Below, piece after piece: positions 1 to 12,711 of a DNA stretch of 64,000 nucleotides. Position 1 is the stretch's first letter. Each line of letters opens with the position of its first letter. Below the pieces are notes generated by a model. The model ran no database searches, had not been told where the DNA came from, and saw only the letters and a list, made by a program, of their open reading frames with translations. A program made the translations under genes and the position numbers. Source of the stretch: Octopus vulgaris (taxonomy: Eukaryota). The DNA is taken from positions 80,786,001 through 80,850,000 of the forward strand of contig OX597814.1 of NCBI GenBank assembly GCA_951406725.2, in the 5' to 3' direction.

Positions 1-425
1 GACAAAGTACAGAGACCTGCAAAGTCTCTCAAAAGCACAAGGTTTACATTGTGACGTGCGCCAGGGGCATGGTGGTCAAGCGCATGATGCAGCTGGAATT
101 GGTTACAAACGCCAACAGCAAGTAGCCTGGGAGAGTCCAATATTACAACTTAACAAAACAGGATACCTTCGCAGCAGAAAAACAAAAAACAAACAAAAAA
201 CACATCTATGCCAAGTGACACTTATTTTGGAGTCAAACATTTTTGAATAAACTATGAGAGAAAAAAAAGAAAAAAAGATTTAAAATGTATTAAATGTAAC
301 TGCTCAAGTGTCGGGTTTGAGTAACCATCATTCATTTGCTTTATTTTTTTCTTCCCCGCTTCATGTTTTGTCTGTCCTTGTATTGTCACCTTTGTATTTC
401 ACCCTTTGTGGGTAATAAAGAATTA
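1..425 (+). mobile_element. 3' end of a non-LTR retroelement-like unit (tail copy 1)
   Basis: 290-425 (ttaaatgtaac...gtctgtccttgt...ccctttgtgggtaataaagaatta) is homologous to 575-740 and to the 3' tail of the SINE at 52659-52878. Confidence 0.4.
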
Positions 426-426
426 G

Positions 427-740
427 TGGAGTAAACCCGAGAGGAGAAGAGGTAGAATATGATACCCTACCTCCAGCTGTAGATTACAAAGACATAATAC
501 ATGAACTCATAAATACAGTAAGTAAAATTTTAAATGATGAAAATCTGATAAAAAAAAACTGAAAACAAAAACAGTTAAATGTAACCACCCAAGAGTGGAG
601 TTCAAATGGTCATTTTACCTTCATTTTTATATAATTTCACCTTTCATCCTTTTCTTGTTTTGTCCCCACTTGTATTGTTCTGTCTGTCCTTGTGCCATCC
701 ACTCTGTGTTTCAGGCCTTTGTGCCTAATAGAGAATTAAA
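427..740 (+). mobile_element. 5'-truncated retroelement-like unit (tail copy 2), head-to-tail with copy 1
   Basis: A short frame GVNPRGEEVEYDTLPPA...LIKKN* is followed by the same tail (ttaaatgtaac...gtctgtccttgt...cctttgtgcctaatagagaatta). Confidence 0.4.
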
Positions 741-1047
741 TCTTTGTATAAAAATGATTTTGGTCTTATATTTTGAAAGTGTCTAAAATATGTTTTCCTG
801 AAGTTATTATTTTACTTGGCTGTGTGAAACTAAGGTGAGCTTTGTTTGTAAATTTGTTGGAGTTATTTGTCGAAGCTAATTGTTGGTTGAAGAACTGTTC
901 TTATTGCTGTTGAAAGCAACCTGTTTCAAATTCCCCCGTGTGTGGGAATTATTATTGTTTAAAATTTCTGTACAGCGTCAAGCCAATTTTTCTATGGGAA
1001 GTAACCCCAAAATTTGTGTGTTCAGCATTGGCCATTTTCCATGACTC

Positions 1048-2490
1048 AATGGAGTTGAAAGTTATACTCTGAAACTGTCACCAGTATCATCGGTGGAATC
1101 ACCATTGTCTCAAGTCATGTAAACACCAGTCATGTCACCACAAAATGTGGCAACAAAAAAAAGGAAAAGAAATATGGATGTACCTAGTTTGTCTACCGGT
1201 GAGTCACTGGTAACTCCTGAAAAATGAATTTGCTGGCAGCCTCGTCAAAAAAGGAGTTAAATCTGAAAAGAAATATTGAAGTACCCAGTTTGTCTACCAG
1301 TGAGTCACCTGTGACTCCCGGAGAAAAGAATTCATCAGCAGTGTCACCTAAAAGACTTAAGTTTTGCAGCCGCAGCTGGCAAGAAAAGAAAAAACATAAC
1401 TATAGAGAAAAAGGAACTTGCCAAGTATAAAGAGATGCTAAGAAAGGAGGGGTCAGAGGTTAAAGTGGCCTCTCCAAACACCATAATGAAAAACACAAAT
1501 AAAACAACTATTGTGTACAAAATGTTCAACATAAAAGCAAAGAAATCGATAAGGTATCCGGAGAAGCAGTGGAGGAGTGTCTAAAGCTGATATGGCAAGA
1601 TATCACTTACCTAACGAGAGGAAAAAGTTTCTGATGATTGAAGTAAAGATGGCTATGGAGGAGAAGGCGAAACATCACTCCAAACCAACCTTAAAAACAG
1701 AAGTAATTTTCCTCCCCACTTACAAGGGGAGGAGAACTTCAAGGATAAAGATAGTGAATATCCCACTGGAAGTGGATGCTGCCTGGTTAGTGACAACCAC
1801 AACCATAGACCTGGAGGAGAAGATTACACTCCTCCAAGCTACAGTTACAGAAAAACAGATTTGGCAGGGGCAAAGCTTCAATACATACCAGAGGTGATTC
1901 ATGTGGGAGAGGCCAGATTGGTCATCTCTGTAGAAGGATGTAAGCCCAGATGCTTTAACTGCAGCAAGATAGGCCACATAAAGGCCAAATGCAACCCTCC
2001 TCGGGAAGAGCTAGATGAGGAAGAAGAGGAAAAGACAATGACAAGTGAACCTGCAACACCAACTTTAGAAGCAGCAGCAAAGAGAAAGGGGAGAAGTGGT
2101 CAACAGTGAAAAGAAAGCTCACCCAAACCTCCCCTTCGAAACCTACCAACAACAATGTCAGCCATAAAATTAAAAAAGCAAAGAGACCACCCATTGAGAT
2201 GGACAAATTGATTGACAACTTGATGGTGGTGAGAACATCAAACAACAGGCTATTAAGCCGTTTGGCAGTCACCCCAACTGCCAAATGGATGGATGAACAC
2301 TCATCAAAAGATTATCACGTCTACCTAATTGCCGGAAAAAAATTATAATATAATGAAAAATGATTTCAGGGATGATGTAGGCCCATTGCGGAAAGATTTC
2401 TCACTGCTAATATTCGAAAGCCTACCTCCTGCAACTCCACAAGCCCGTGGCAAAGAAAAAGAGGTGGATGAGAATCCACCTCCCACCACT
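1048..2490 (+). pseudogene. LINE ORF1 (gag-like) remnant with CX2CX4HX4C zinc knuckle
   Basis: CFNCSKIGHIKAKC at 1951-1992. There is an ~60-bp internal direct duplication (1166-1223 vs 1266-1326, aaaagaaatat...gtacc.agtttgtctacc.gtgagtcac). Confidence 0.75.
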
Positions 2491-2507
2491 GATTAAAGTA
2501 GGTCACA

Positions 2508-4780
2508 ATGGCTATTCAGGTTGGTTGTTTAAATGTACGTGGCCTGGCGTTGAGCTGGAAGCAAGGGCAGTTCCTAAATGACATTAGGTCACATGATTTG
2601 GATGTAATTGTTGCTACTGAAACCTAGATAAAGGGGCCAAGAGATTTGCTCCCACTCCTGAATGCTTACTAGAAATTCATTTCTCCAGCCATTCTTCGGG
2701 CAAAAGTGGGGTGTTGGTCCTATTAAAAAGAAACTGAGTTTCAGAGAAAAGGTTTATTTTTTCTGATCCAGAATGAAGGCTGGTCATCATGAACTTGACA
2801 TTCAGTTGTGGTAAGACTATCAGACTGGTTGCAACTTATGCACCCAATTCAATTGGTCAAAGTGAGTATTTTCGTGACCTGGAGAAGTTTCTGGGTACAT
2901 TACATTCACTAGTTTTGTTTGGAGACTATAACACAATCTGTGATGCACACATAGATTATGTTGGCTCGAATACGAATAGGAAAGGTAATCCTTGCTTCCG
3001 AGCTCTGCTTAGTCACTTTCAGCTAGCAGCTCCATATAGACTGGAATTCTCTAATACTCTATTGTGGACATGATCAAGCAGAAATGGGCCTTCAAACACA
3101 GGTCAAACACAGATAGGATTTTAATTAGAGAAATAGACAGAAATACAGCTAAGTGTCCACAGTTCATCTGGTCAGCTACAGGGATCACAAGCTTGTCACC
3201 TGTAAGCTGAACATAGATAGGCTATACAGTCAAGGTTCCAACTACTGGAAATTCAATACATACCTTTTGGTGATTGAAGAATACAGGAACCAGATTAAGA
3301 TGTTAATACAGAGGGCATTGACTGGAACCATTATAAACAAGAAATGGTGGTATGCCCTCAAACGAGCCATTAAATTTGAGTCTATTAGATAAAGCTTAGG
3401 GTTAGTGACTAGAGAGTCTAGGAGGGAACTAGAATTAGTTAAGACCCCAGATGAAGCAATGAGGACTGGCTCAGCATCCCAGATGAAGGTGAAGAGACTG
3501 GAATTAAATCAGCACCTTGAAGCCAAACACATGGGGTGCATTGTCAGAGGTAGACTTCGTGCAGTGGGTTGCAAGAGGATCAAGGTCACTGGATGGGCCT
3601 GAGTAGTGGAAACCCAAAGTGGTTCAATCTTTGGTGAACCAACAAGGTTAGTTAATAAACGAACACAAGGAGATGTGTAAGACCTTTCAGGAGCACTTCA
3701 CCCAGCTTTTCGTGGGGACCAGGAGAGTAGAAGAGACCTAACGGATGGCCTGATTAGGGAGGCACAGACATGTGCTGTTTCTGGCAGAACCATTCAGGAT
3801 AATCTTCACCTTCTATGTTACATCTCAGAGGGATTTGATAGTAAATCTGGCAAGGGTGAGGCACTGGTCCATTTAGACCAAGCTAAGGCATTCAATAGGG
3901 TTGACCATCGCTACCTGGTGTCTGTTCTTGCACAGTTCAGCTTCGGTCTTGGCTTCCTTAAGTGGATCGTACAAATAAACAACAACATCGACTTGATCGT
4001 TCAAGTGAATGGTTTTCTCTCAATGCTGTTCTACATCAAACATTCAGTTTGTCAAGGATGTCCACTCTTACCACTTTTGTATGTAATGGCTCTTGAGCCA
4101 TTGCTGCAAAAGTTGAGGGGCATCCTGAGAGAGCCGGCTTGTGGAGGATCGGTTTCAGCATATGTGGATGACATCACAATCATCGTGACCGAAATGGAAC
4201 ACCTGCGGAGGATAGGTGAGACTATTAAGGATTACAAGATGGTGGCGGAAGCAAAGATTAATTGAGAAAAATCAGTTGGCTTGCAGCTCAGCACCTGGAG
4301 AGACAAGTCAATGCCTTCGAACAGCATCGTGGGATGTTGGACGGAGGGCCTGGTTAAGTTGTTAGGGGTTTGGTTTGGTCCAGACTTCCAGATAGAGAAG
4401 AACTGGGCTGAGGTTTTGAGCAGAGTGACCCACATAGTAAAGACTTGGTCTTGGCAGTGGCTATCTCTGAAAGGGAGACTGGAGGTGGCCAATGTGTTTA
4501 TCGCATCAGTCATCATCTAATGCCTAACTATCGTTCCTGGCCCAGCTACATGGTTAATCAAGCTGGAAAGACAGCTCTTCTGCTTCTTGTGGTTGGGCTC
4601 GAAGCCATTTGTAAGACACTCTATTTGCTATCAAAAACCATTAATGGGTGGACTGTGGATGCCTTGGCTGTTGATGCACAAACATATACTGAGGTTGAGG
4701 CAACTGTGGCCGCACCTGGATAGTGAATGGGTGTGGTCTCCACTTGCAAAACGGATGTTTCTCAGGTTCACTTGTTTTGG
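2508..4780 (+). pseudogene. LINE ORF2 remnant (AP endonuclease + reverse transcriptase)
   Basis: Endonuclease and linker motifs: MAIQVGCLNVRGL, LVATYAPN, GDYN, DHKLV, YWKFN. RT motifs: GRTIQDN, LDQAKAFNRVDH, QGCPLLPLLY, AYVDD, LLGVWF, LSLKGR. Confidence 0.9.
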
Positions 4781-4889
4781 TGTGTATGTGTGTGTGCATA
4801 TATGTACATATATGTATATAGATGCATATATATATTTATATGTATATACATATATACATATATGCATATACATGCATATATATATATCC

Positions 4890-4920
<31 letters not shown>

Positions 4921-4995
4921 CATAAGCATATGAATATAGATACATATATATATATATATATGTATACACATATATAACTACATATGTATATATAT
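4780..4995. repeat. (TA/TG/CA)n compound microsatellite
   Basis: Read directly. Similar tracts at 5445-5690, 19523-19620, 25565-25700, 26422-26533, 46320-46678, 50048-50265, 58440-58704, 60035-60100 and 63060-63450. Confidence 0.95.
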
Positions 4996-5238
4996 TCTTT
5001 TATTTTTTTATTTGCTTCAGTCATTTGCCTGCAGCCATGCTGGAGCACTGCCTTTAGTCAGACAATTCAACCCCAGGACTTATTCTTTGTACTTATTCTT
5101 TCGGTCTCTTTTGCCAAATTGCTAAGTACAGGGACGTTAACACACCAACATCCATTGTCAAGTAACATTGGGGGGGACAAACACAGACACAGAAATACAT
5201 ACATACATACATACACACAAATACACACACACACACAC

Positions 5239-5289
<51 letters not shown>

Positions 5290-5440
5290 GCTTCTTTCAG
5301 TTTCTGTCTACCAAATCCACTCACAAGGCTTTGCTCAGTCCGAGGATATAGTAGTCGACACTTACTGAAGGTCCCACACAGCAGGACTGAACCCAGAAGT
5401 ATGTTGTTGGTACACAAGCTACTTACCACAGCCACTCCTG
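4996..5440 (-). mobile_element. tRNA-derived SINE family A (internal microsatellite)
   Basis: Reverse complement of the family consensus ggctgtgtggtaagaagcttgcttcccaaccacatggttccgggttcagtccc...(microsatellite)...ccagcatggccgcagtcaaatgactgaaacaa, seen more than ten times in the window. Confidence 0.85.
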
Positions 5441-6748
5441 TTCCTATGCATGTATTATATATATGTATATATATACATACATGTATATGCATATATATAT
5501 ATACATATATATGTATATACATACATGTATATGCATATATACATATATATGTATATATATATATATATGTATATATGTATATTTATATACATATATATAT
5601 GTGTATATATATATGTGTGTGTGTGTGTATGCATGTGCTTGCATGTGTAGTTAGTGTGTGTGCTTACATGTATCTGTGTGTGTATGTGTTTACATGAGTC
5701 TATGTGGATAAGTCAAACTGAATGTCAGAGTAAAATGATTAACCAGAAGGAATTAATTGTCACAATGAACCCAATGGTACTGAACTTTTCCAAACCACCC
5801 ACCTAATCTATACAGTAGATTTACTTTCTAATTGCTTCACTGATTTACATGGAATAATAGTAATAGCAATAGTTATAACCATTTTCCAGCCGACACATCA
5901 AAATCAGGAATTCTTTTAGTTTCAAGTGAACACAATTTTCATACAGAGTAGAAGGTAGGAATTATTTTCATATTTCTAATATTCAAAATTCTTATTTGTG
6001 TCATTTTTCAGCTTAAGGTTAGCTGTAATTGAATAGGTTTATGATCAAAAGTAATACACTTATGACCTGTTCCTCATATATTAACTATCAGTATATCTAA
6101 AATTATATTTTCCTATCTAATGTGACTGTTTTGCATGGTATTTTTTTATAAGACAGCAAGGTATGGTTGAAAAGAGTTGTGGTCGTTATTTTAACAGATT
6201 GAATGAACACATTGTGGCTTCCCTGTTTGGATTAATTCAATCTAGTTTTTATGATAAATAAATATTATAATTACCGGATCTATTTAAACATGCAGTAATA
6301 TATGGACATATGAATACTCACGCACACATCATACATACATACATACTTACATACATATGCAGGTACATACATACATCTGTCACAAATATTTTTTTTAACA
6401 AGCTCACTGGCTAATCATGACAGCAGTGCCTATTCTGGCACTGTTTTCCAATATATCACTGGTGCTTTCCTATATACCTCAAGCAGTCGAGTGTTCATTA
6501 TTGATGAGAGCAAGGAAGGTTGAAATCACATGATCAAGTGGTCTCAGCACTGGGGATGGCAGGGATTTGTTTCTCCATCAGTAATATAAAGAAGAGTGCA
6601 TTTTGCACCAAAAGTCAATATGAGAGTTTCTCTTGTGATATCTACCACAGTACAGTTTGTTCTAAAAGAACATCCACATTTGAGTAAGTAAGTAAGTAAG
6701 TAAGGAAGGAAGGAAGGAAGGAAGGGAGGGAATGATGGATGATAGATG

Positions 6749-6799
<51 letters not shown>

Positions 6800-7599
6800 A
6801 CACAAATATGTATATCATAAAGTTGCAAGCATAGCTGTGTGGTTAATAAGCTTACTTCAAAACCATATGGCTTCAGGTTTAGTCCCACTGCAAAACAGCT
6901 TGTTCTTTAACTATAATCTTCATCTATAAGCCTCATATATGGTTTTAAACCAATGCTTAACTTCAGTTTCATAACATGAAGTGGATGACAAGTAGGCTAC
7001 CTTATCTTTCACAGTTACTTTTACCATATGACAATAATTATTTCTGACAGATAGGTGAAATGAACAAAGTATAGTCAAATGTTAATGAAACACATTGAAA
7101 TGCCTGCACTCATTTTGAACTCACAACCTTAGTATTGGTAGTCTAATGTCTTATTTTCTTTACCATCTCATCAATATAAGAAGCCAGAATATCACTGCTT
7201 GTTTTTTCTTTTACCGTTGCAAATTGAGCTTAATGTTGCTACAAGCTTGTAAATCACTCCTATATTCCATAATACAGTTGCAATTTATAACAGAATTTTA
7301 TTATGCTTTACTACTAATATTTAACCAAGCAGACTGAATCATTCATTAGCATCACAGGGAGGGTGCAGAGAATGTGGACCACACTAGATGATACTATCAC
7401 AGGAGATGATACAAAAAGGGGTTTTATATGAAAAGTGACATGTGAAATGTAAATCTAAATGATAAATATAATGACTAAACTGTAGCTTGCAAGCTATATA
7501 TAGCTCCTGAAGCTACAATGTGTAGCTCCCAGGAAAATACTGGATTTCAATGTTCTTTTCCCTAAAACGCTATTCCCTAGAAATGCTAGAACAGATATG

Positions 7600-7645
<46 letters not shown>

Positions 7646-7716
7646 ACTCTCTTTCAATATATAATTGGATGTGCATATCTATACATACTTATCCTAAATA
7701 TAACTGTAGATGTATA

Positions 7717-8528
7717 TGTAGGGACTTTGCTTGGCCCTGCCTGAGATTTGAAACCTAATCCACTAGTTTGTTGGTAGAGTGGAAGTTGTGCTCTGCTGGT
7801 AGAGAGAGAAAGAGTAATGATTACACTCTGCTGACAGAGAGGAAGAAAGGATTAAGATGGCAATATCCATTTTTGATCCTGGCCAAAAGGTGCTCTTTGT
7901 TCACCAACTGAAGAGAAGTGTTGCTCCTGGCCATGGCTGACACAAACATGTATTCAATGCCAGTCAGTTAGACCAAAGAGGAAGAGAAGGAAATGCTCTG
8001 TGTTATGTAGTCTATGTGGAGGCACAATGGCCCAGTGGTTATGGCAGTGGACACGCGGTCAGGGGATCGCGGTTTTGATTCCCAGACCGGGTGTTCTGTG
8101 TGTTTATTGAGTGAAAACACCTAAAAGCTCCACGAAGCTCGGGCAGGGGTGGTGGTGCCCCTGTTGTACTCTTTCACCATAACTTTCTCTCACCCTCTCT
8201 TCCTGTTTCTTGAGTAACACTGCGATGGACTGGCATCCCGTCCAGCTGGGGGGAACACATATGCCACAGAAACCGGGAAACTGGGCCCATGAGCCTGACT
8301 AGGCTTGAAAAGGGCGACGACTTATGTAGTCTATGGTCAGGATGTGGGTCAAATCTTAAACAAAGGACTGACTCTTCAGTGACCAGCAAAAGGTCTTAGG
8401 TCCAGTGTTTCCCATTAATCATCAGGTGTGGAGATGTAAATATAAAGAATTTCACACACTTGTTTGACAAGCAACAAACAAATAGATTTGGTTTCAAATC
8501 TCAAGCAGGGCCAAGTGAAGTCCCTACA
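7717..8528. mobile_element. Non-autonomous DNA transposon (MITE) with ~55-bp TIRs and TGT...ACA ends (Ginger-like, tentative)
   Basis: Left tgtagggactttgcttggccctgcctgagatttgaaacc matches the reverse complement of the right end, tgtagggacttcacttggccctgcttgagatttgaaacc. TATA flanks both ends. Confidence 0.8.
8016..8321 (+). mobile_element. tRNA-derived SINE family B (V-domain-like), nested in the MITE
   Basis: A/B-box-like head and a gatggactggcatcccgtccag motif. TSD ttatgtagtctat at 8003-8015 and 8322-8334. Closely similar to 17970-18291. Confidence 0.85.
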
Positions 8529-8835
8529 TATATATATATATATATATTTATCTTCTGTCTTTTGTTTGTTTCAGTCATTAGACTGCAACCATGCTAGGGT
8601 ACCACCTTGAAGAAATTTTAGTCAAAGGAATTGACCAGACTACTTATTATTTTGTTAAGTCTTATTCCATCAGTCTTTTTGCCTGATATAGTCATCTTAA
8701 CCTCATGATACTATACTGCAAATGTTAATAGAAGGTTATGCATATGATAACAAATTTTTGATGTGTAGTCTCAGTTTTGTGAGTTTCTATATCACAGCTA
8801 TTGCCTTTACCTACGAGATACATGATTTTCAAGCA

Positions 8836-9031
8836 ACAAGCTGTGTGCCAAGAAGCTTGCTTCCCAACTAATGGTTCCAGGTTCAGTCTCACTGTGTGGC
8901 ACTTTGGGTGTCTTCAACTATAGCACCAATTTGACTAAAGCCTTCTAAGTGGATTTTATAGATGGAAACTGGAAGAAGCCTGGCATGTGTGTGTGTGTGT
9001 GTGCATGTGTGTGTGTGTGTGTGCATGTGTG

Positions 9032-9063
<32 letters not shown>

Positions 9064-9300
9064 CGCACGCGCGTGTGTGCTTAGTGTCTGTGTTCGTCCC
9101 CCACCATTGCTTGACAGCTGGCATTGGTTTGTTTACATCCATTTAACTTAGCTGTTTGTCAAAAGAGACTGCTAGAATAAGTACCAGGTTTTAATAAAAT
9201 AAGTCCTAGGGTTAATTAAGTTGACTAAAACAAAGAAATTCTTCAAGGTGATGCCCCAGCATGGCCACAGTCTAATGGCTGAAACAAATAAAAGATAAAA
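8836..9300 (+). mobile_element. SINE family A
   Basis: Head, (TG)n centre and the ccagcatggccacagtctaatggctgaaacaa tail are all present. Confidence 0.8.
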
Positions 9301-9529
9301 CATGACCAAATAGTGGTGGTGGTGGGTAATGATTGTGATGTTGATGGTGAGAAAAAGGAGGCAAATCGTACTGATAACGATCATACTTAGTACTTGATAA
9401 ACAAATGATCAAATAAATAAGAATTATAACACTGTCTCAAAGCTAAATATATGTTTAGTTGTATTTAAATTACCTGTTTTGTAAGATGCCTGGAGTCAGG
9501 ATTTATAATTTTGAAGATGCTGATAATGA

Positions 9530-9765
9530 TTTCGTATTGATGATGATGATGTTGACAATCACAAAGATGATGACAATTATGATGATGATGATATTCATGA
9601 TAATGATGATATTCATGATAATGACAACACTGACAAAAACGGTGGTGGTGGTGGTGGTGGTGGTGGTGGTGGTAATAACAGTGGGGACCGTGGTTGTAGC
9701 AGCAGTGGAGACTATGGCAGTGAAGAGGATGATGCTGAGGTGGTGATAATAATGATGATGAATGT
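9530..9765. repeat. (GAT)n/(GGT)n trinucleotide tract
   Basis: Read directly. It explains the poly-M/V/H/T ORFs. Confidence 0.9.
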
Positions 9766-10539
9766 GGTAGGGACAAAGGAGGAGGAAAGAGATAATAATA
9801 GTTGTGGCTTTAGAAAGCAGAATTTTGTTTAGAAAGAGGAACATTATATTGTTCTGCTTAAGACCAGATCAGCTTTGAATAAGCAGGCTTTGTGACCATA
9901 TGTGCTCTGGCTGAGATCATCAAATTTTATTCAGATATAATGCAGTCAAATTACAAAGTATATATATAATGCAGTGTAGACAAAAGCATATGATTTACAG
10001 AAGATTTTGCTGCTATTTCCAGCAGGTTAAGTGACTTGCATTCATAGTGAAAATGAAATTGAGAATACTGATGCAGAAGATGAAGGGCATTAATCCTAAC
10101 AATGGAAAAATGCAACACTGCCATGAGGATGACAATGATGATGATGATGATGATAATGATCATCAACATCGTTATCATTGTCATCACCATCATCATCATT
10201 TTGTTATCTCCAATGGTGTTCTTGGATGCCAAAAAATTCTTTTCTCACACTGATGCACATGTCCAGAGCATCTGTACATTATTACATCACAGGGAATATT
10301 TGTTGTTTATTGACAAGTGCAACCATCCTATGCCATTTTAATTCAGGTTCTTTAGAGTTAACTTTCATTTCAGTATCAGCAGAATTATATAAGTTTACCT
10401 TTTTTCTAATTCTCCATTGAGTTTGGGTTAATAATGCATGTTTTCACATTTTAATTTTATCACTGGGATCAAACTGGGCAAAGTTTCGAGAAAGATGTCA
10501 ATTAGGAATTGCCTTTTCATTTTCTATTTTCAATTGCTC

Positions 10540-10845
10540 TGAAAGAAATTATCTCCCTTAGACAATATGAAGTCACACTCCCTTGCTTAATAATGTAAAA
10601 CACTTGAAACCTTAATATGTGAGTGCAAAGAGGGTAGAAGAGCTGTAAGTTTTGAAGTAGTTGTTCATAAATATTCTTCTCCTTAATGATTTTGGAAGGA
10701 ATGTTCATATCTGCAAGGCAGCTGACCTCTAAAACTAAACAGGATGTTTTTTGTTTTCATCCCAAATAATTATATCAGGCGTGTTACAATTTCATTTGAT
10801 AGTAGTAAAATGGGAATGTTCAACCAATATTCCCTACACAGATAT
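10540..10845 (-). pseudogene. Fragment of an RLE-type non-LTR retrotransposon (R4/Dong/NeSL-like) endonuclease
   Basis: Minus strand reads EYWLNIPI...TPDIIIWD...VLEVSCLADMNIPSKIIKEKNIYEQLLQNLQLFYP, a PD-(D/E)xK-type motif. Homologous to 17030-17320 and 46679-46910. Confidence 0.75.
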
Positions 10846-10879
10846 TTATGTATGTATTCAATAGCAGTGGTGGTGTCTA

Positions 10880-11430
10880 GGGTTTGTCTTAGGGAAGTCT
10901 TTACTGCAGATGACATTGTATAGTCTTTTAGCAACAACTCCATGTTTCAGTGGGAGATAACCTTAATGACATTTTGCAGCAACAGCTGATCACGCATGGG
11001 TGCACGTATGTGTGCATGTGTACTTTTGATACTGTAAATAAAAGCACCTTTTTGAAACATTCTGAAGAAACTTGGGTGTTCTGATAAATTTGTCTCTATG
11101 TTTAGATGAAAGTATGTGTCAGCATGGGTGGTAAACTCACAGATTCAACTTTGATTGAAAATTGTGTTAAGCAAAGAGATATACCAGCGCCAACTCTATT
11201 CGCATTGTACTTTGCTATGATTTCTTGATGGCTTTTGTGGGTAGTTTAAATTGCTTGTACATCAGATAATGAACAAGTAGGATGTTGAATATTAGATTGT
11301 TTGGAGCCAAAACAAAATCTTTCTCATCACTAATGCATGAATTCATGTATGCTGATGACTGTGATCTTCTCGTTCAATCCCAAAGTGTCATACAGTATGT
11401 TATGGACTCATTCTAAACAGCATGCAGTGC
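10880..11430 (+). pseudogene. RTE-BovB-like reverse transcriptase fragment
   Basis: Reads FDTVN...ILKKLGCSDKFVSM...VKQRDIPAPTLFALYF...LNIRLFGAKTK...EFMYADDCDLL, with stops and frameshifts. Confidence 0.8.
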
Positions 11431-12005
11431 TGTGAAAAGCTTTACCAGCATTCTGCTGCACTAAATCACATATGTTTATATAAATATATATAATTTAGAA
11501 CATACAGATCAGATTTTCCTTCTATTTTTTCTTCTTTTTGCATTTAATACATATATATTTTGAATAAGTAAACATTTAGAAAAAAAATTAATATCTTTCT
11601 TGGTTACTTGTAAAATAACAAAATCAATATATTTAAATAAATACGACTAAAATTTAATCATACAATTTTTAGTGCAAATAAATTCTACCAAAGCTAAATG
11701 ATGATATCTATTCAAGCTTTAATATCATTAGTTTACTTATAAAGAAAAACAACTCTTCATTTCTGGTTTTCTCTGCTTAACTTCCTTAATTTTTTCAAGT
11801 GTTTATCATCCTGTTTCCAATTTCTTTATATCTAAACTTTCCACCTGCTTTAATAATATTATTTTGGGATAAGAAGAAGAAAAAGAAATCACCAGAATTT
11901 CAATGATGGCAAGAGTGCAATTGAGTTTATAAAATTTGTGATCTAAAGACAAAAATAAAAGAAGCAGCATGTTTCCTTTAATTTTAGTCCTAACCTACTA
12001 CCTTT

Positions 12006-12070
12006 ATACATACATACATGCATACATACATACATACATACATACATACATACATACATACATACATACA

Positions 12071-12100
<30 letters not shown>
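12006..12100. repeat. (TACA)n microsatellite
   Basis: Read directly. A longer tract lies at 46911-47060. Confidence 0.95.
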
Positions 12101-12101
<1 letters not shown>

Positions 12102-12711
12102 TTGTATGTATACATGTATATAGATACGTACAAATATACATATTTATATGCATATATGTGTGTGAGTGTACGTATATTTATATCTGTACAATCATACATA
12201 TATATGCATGTGTGTGTATGTGTATTAATAAATTTTAAATAAATATAAAAATAAATTTATTATTAAACAGTGAGTCATGAAATACGACTAATTAAAAATG
12301 TTGCTTATCTTGTAATAATTAAATCACAGGTTCAAAACTGATATTAGTTGTTTGAATGAAAGATTCGTTGTTCTATAAGTAATTTATTACTTGGTCTATG
12401 TAACATCTGGTTCACCGAGCGAAAACTTGACTCTACTTTACAAGAAAATAGACACTGCTCTTAGAATATGGTGGAGTGATTGCCATTATACAAAAATGAC
12501 ATTGAAGCATAAGAAAACAGCTGCTTTTGAAACTAAAAAAGAATTGATGGAATATTTAAAACTCAACAAAGAAATGTGTTCATTCATTTCTTGTGATTCA
12601 ATGAACACAGAGTTAAGACTAGGATTCTCTCTGATGTTGGTGAGCAATAGTTGATTGAATTTAATTTAAATAGGTTTAGTCTTTGTTTTTGATTTTTCCA
12701 CTATACACAGG

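Larger units (their letters stand above)
800..4780 (+). mobile_element. Decayed Tx1/L1-clade LINE (ORF1 + ORF2), internally deleted and 3'-truncated
   Basis: ORF1 remnants include a CCHC knuckle. ORF2 carries APE and RT motifs with many stops and frameshifts. It ends in a (TA/TG)n tract. The 5' boundary is approximate. Confidence 0.9.

Noticed and set aside
4587-5697. Many overlapping YI/HT/CV-rich ORFs (also near 12.0, 26.4, 38.2-39.0, 46.3-47.2, 50.0-51.2 and 58.2-58.8 kb)
   Set aside because: They are translations of stop-free dinucleotide and tetranucleotide microsatellites.
8405-8432. CTGATGA...GAAA on the minus strand
   Set aside because: No stem II, no NUH triplet in register and no stem I partner; a chance match.
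10610-10730. Apparent paralogous exon pair with 17200-17300 (ag|AGGTCAGCTGCC...)
   Set aside because: The peptide is the RLE motif of a retrotransposon and homology continues across the supposed splice site.
12391-12654. 87-aa ORF in non-repetitive sequence
   Set aside because: No recognisable domain and no convincing splice sites.
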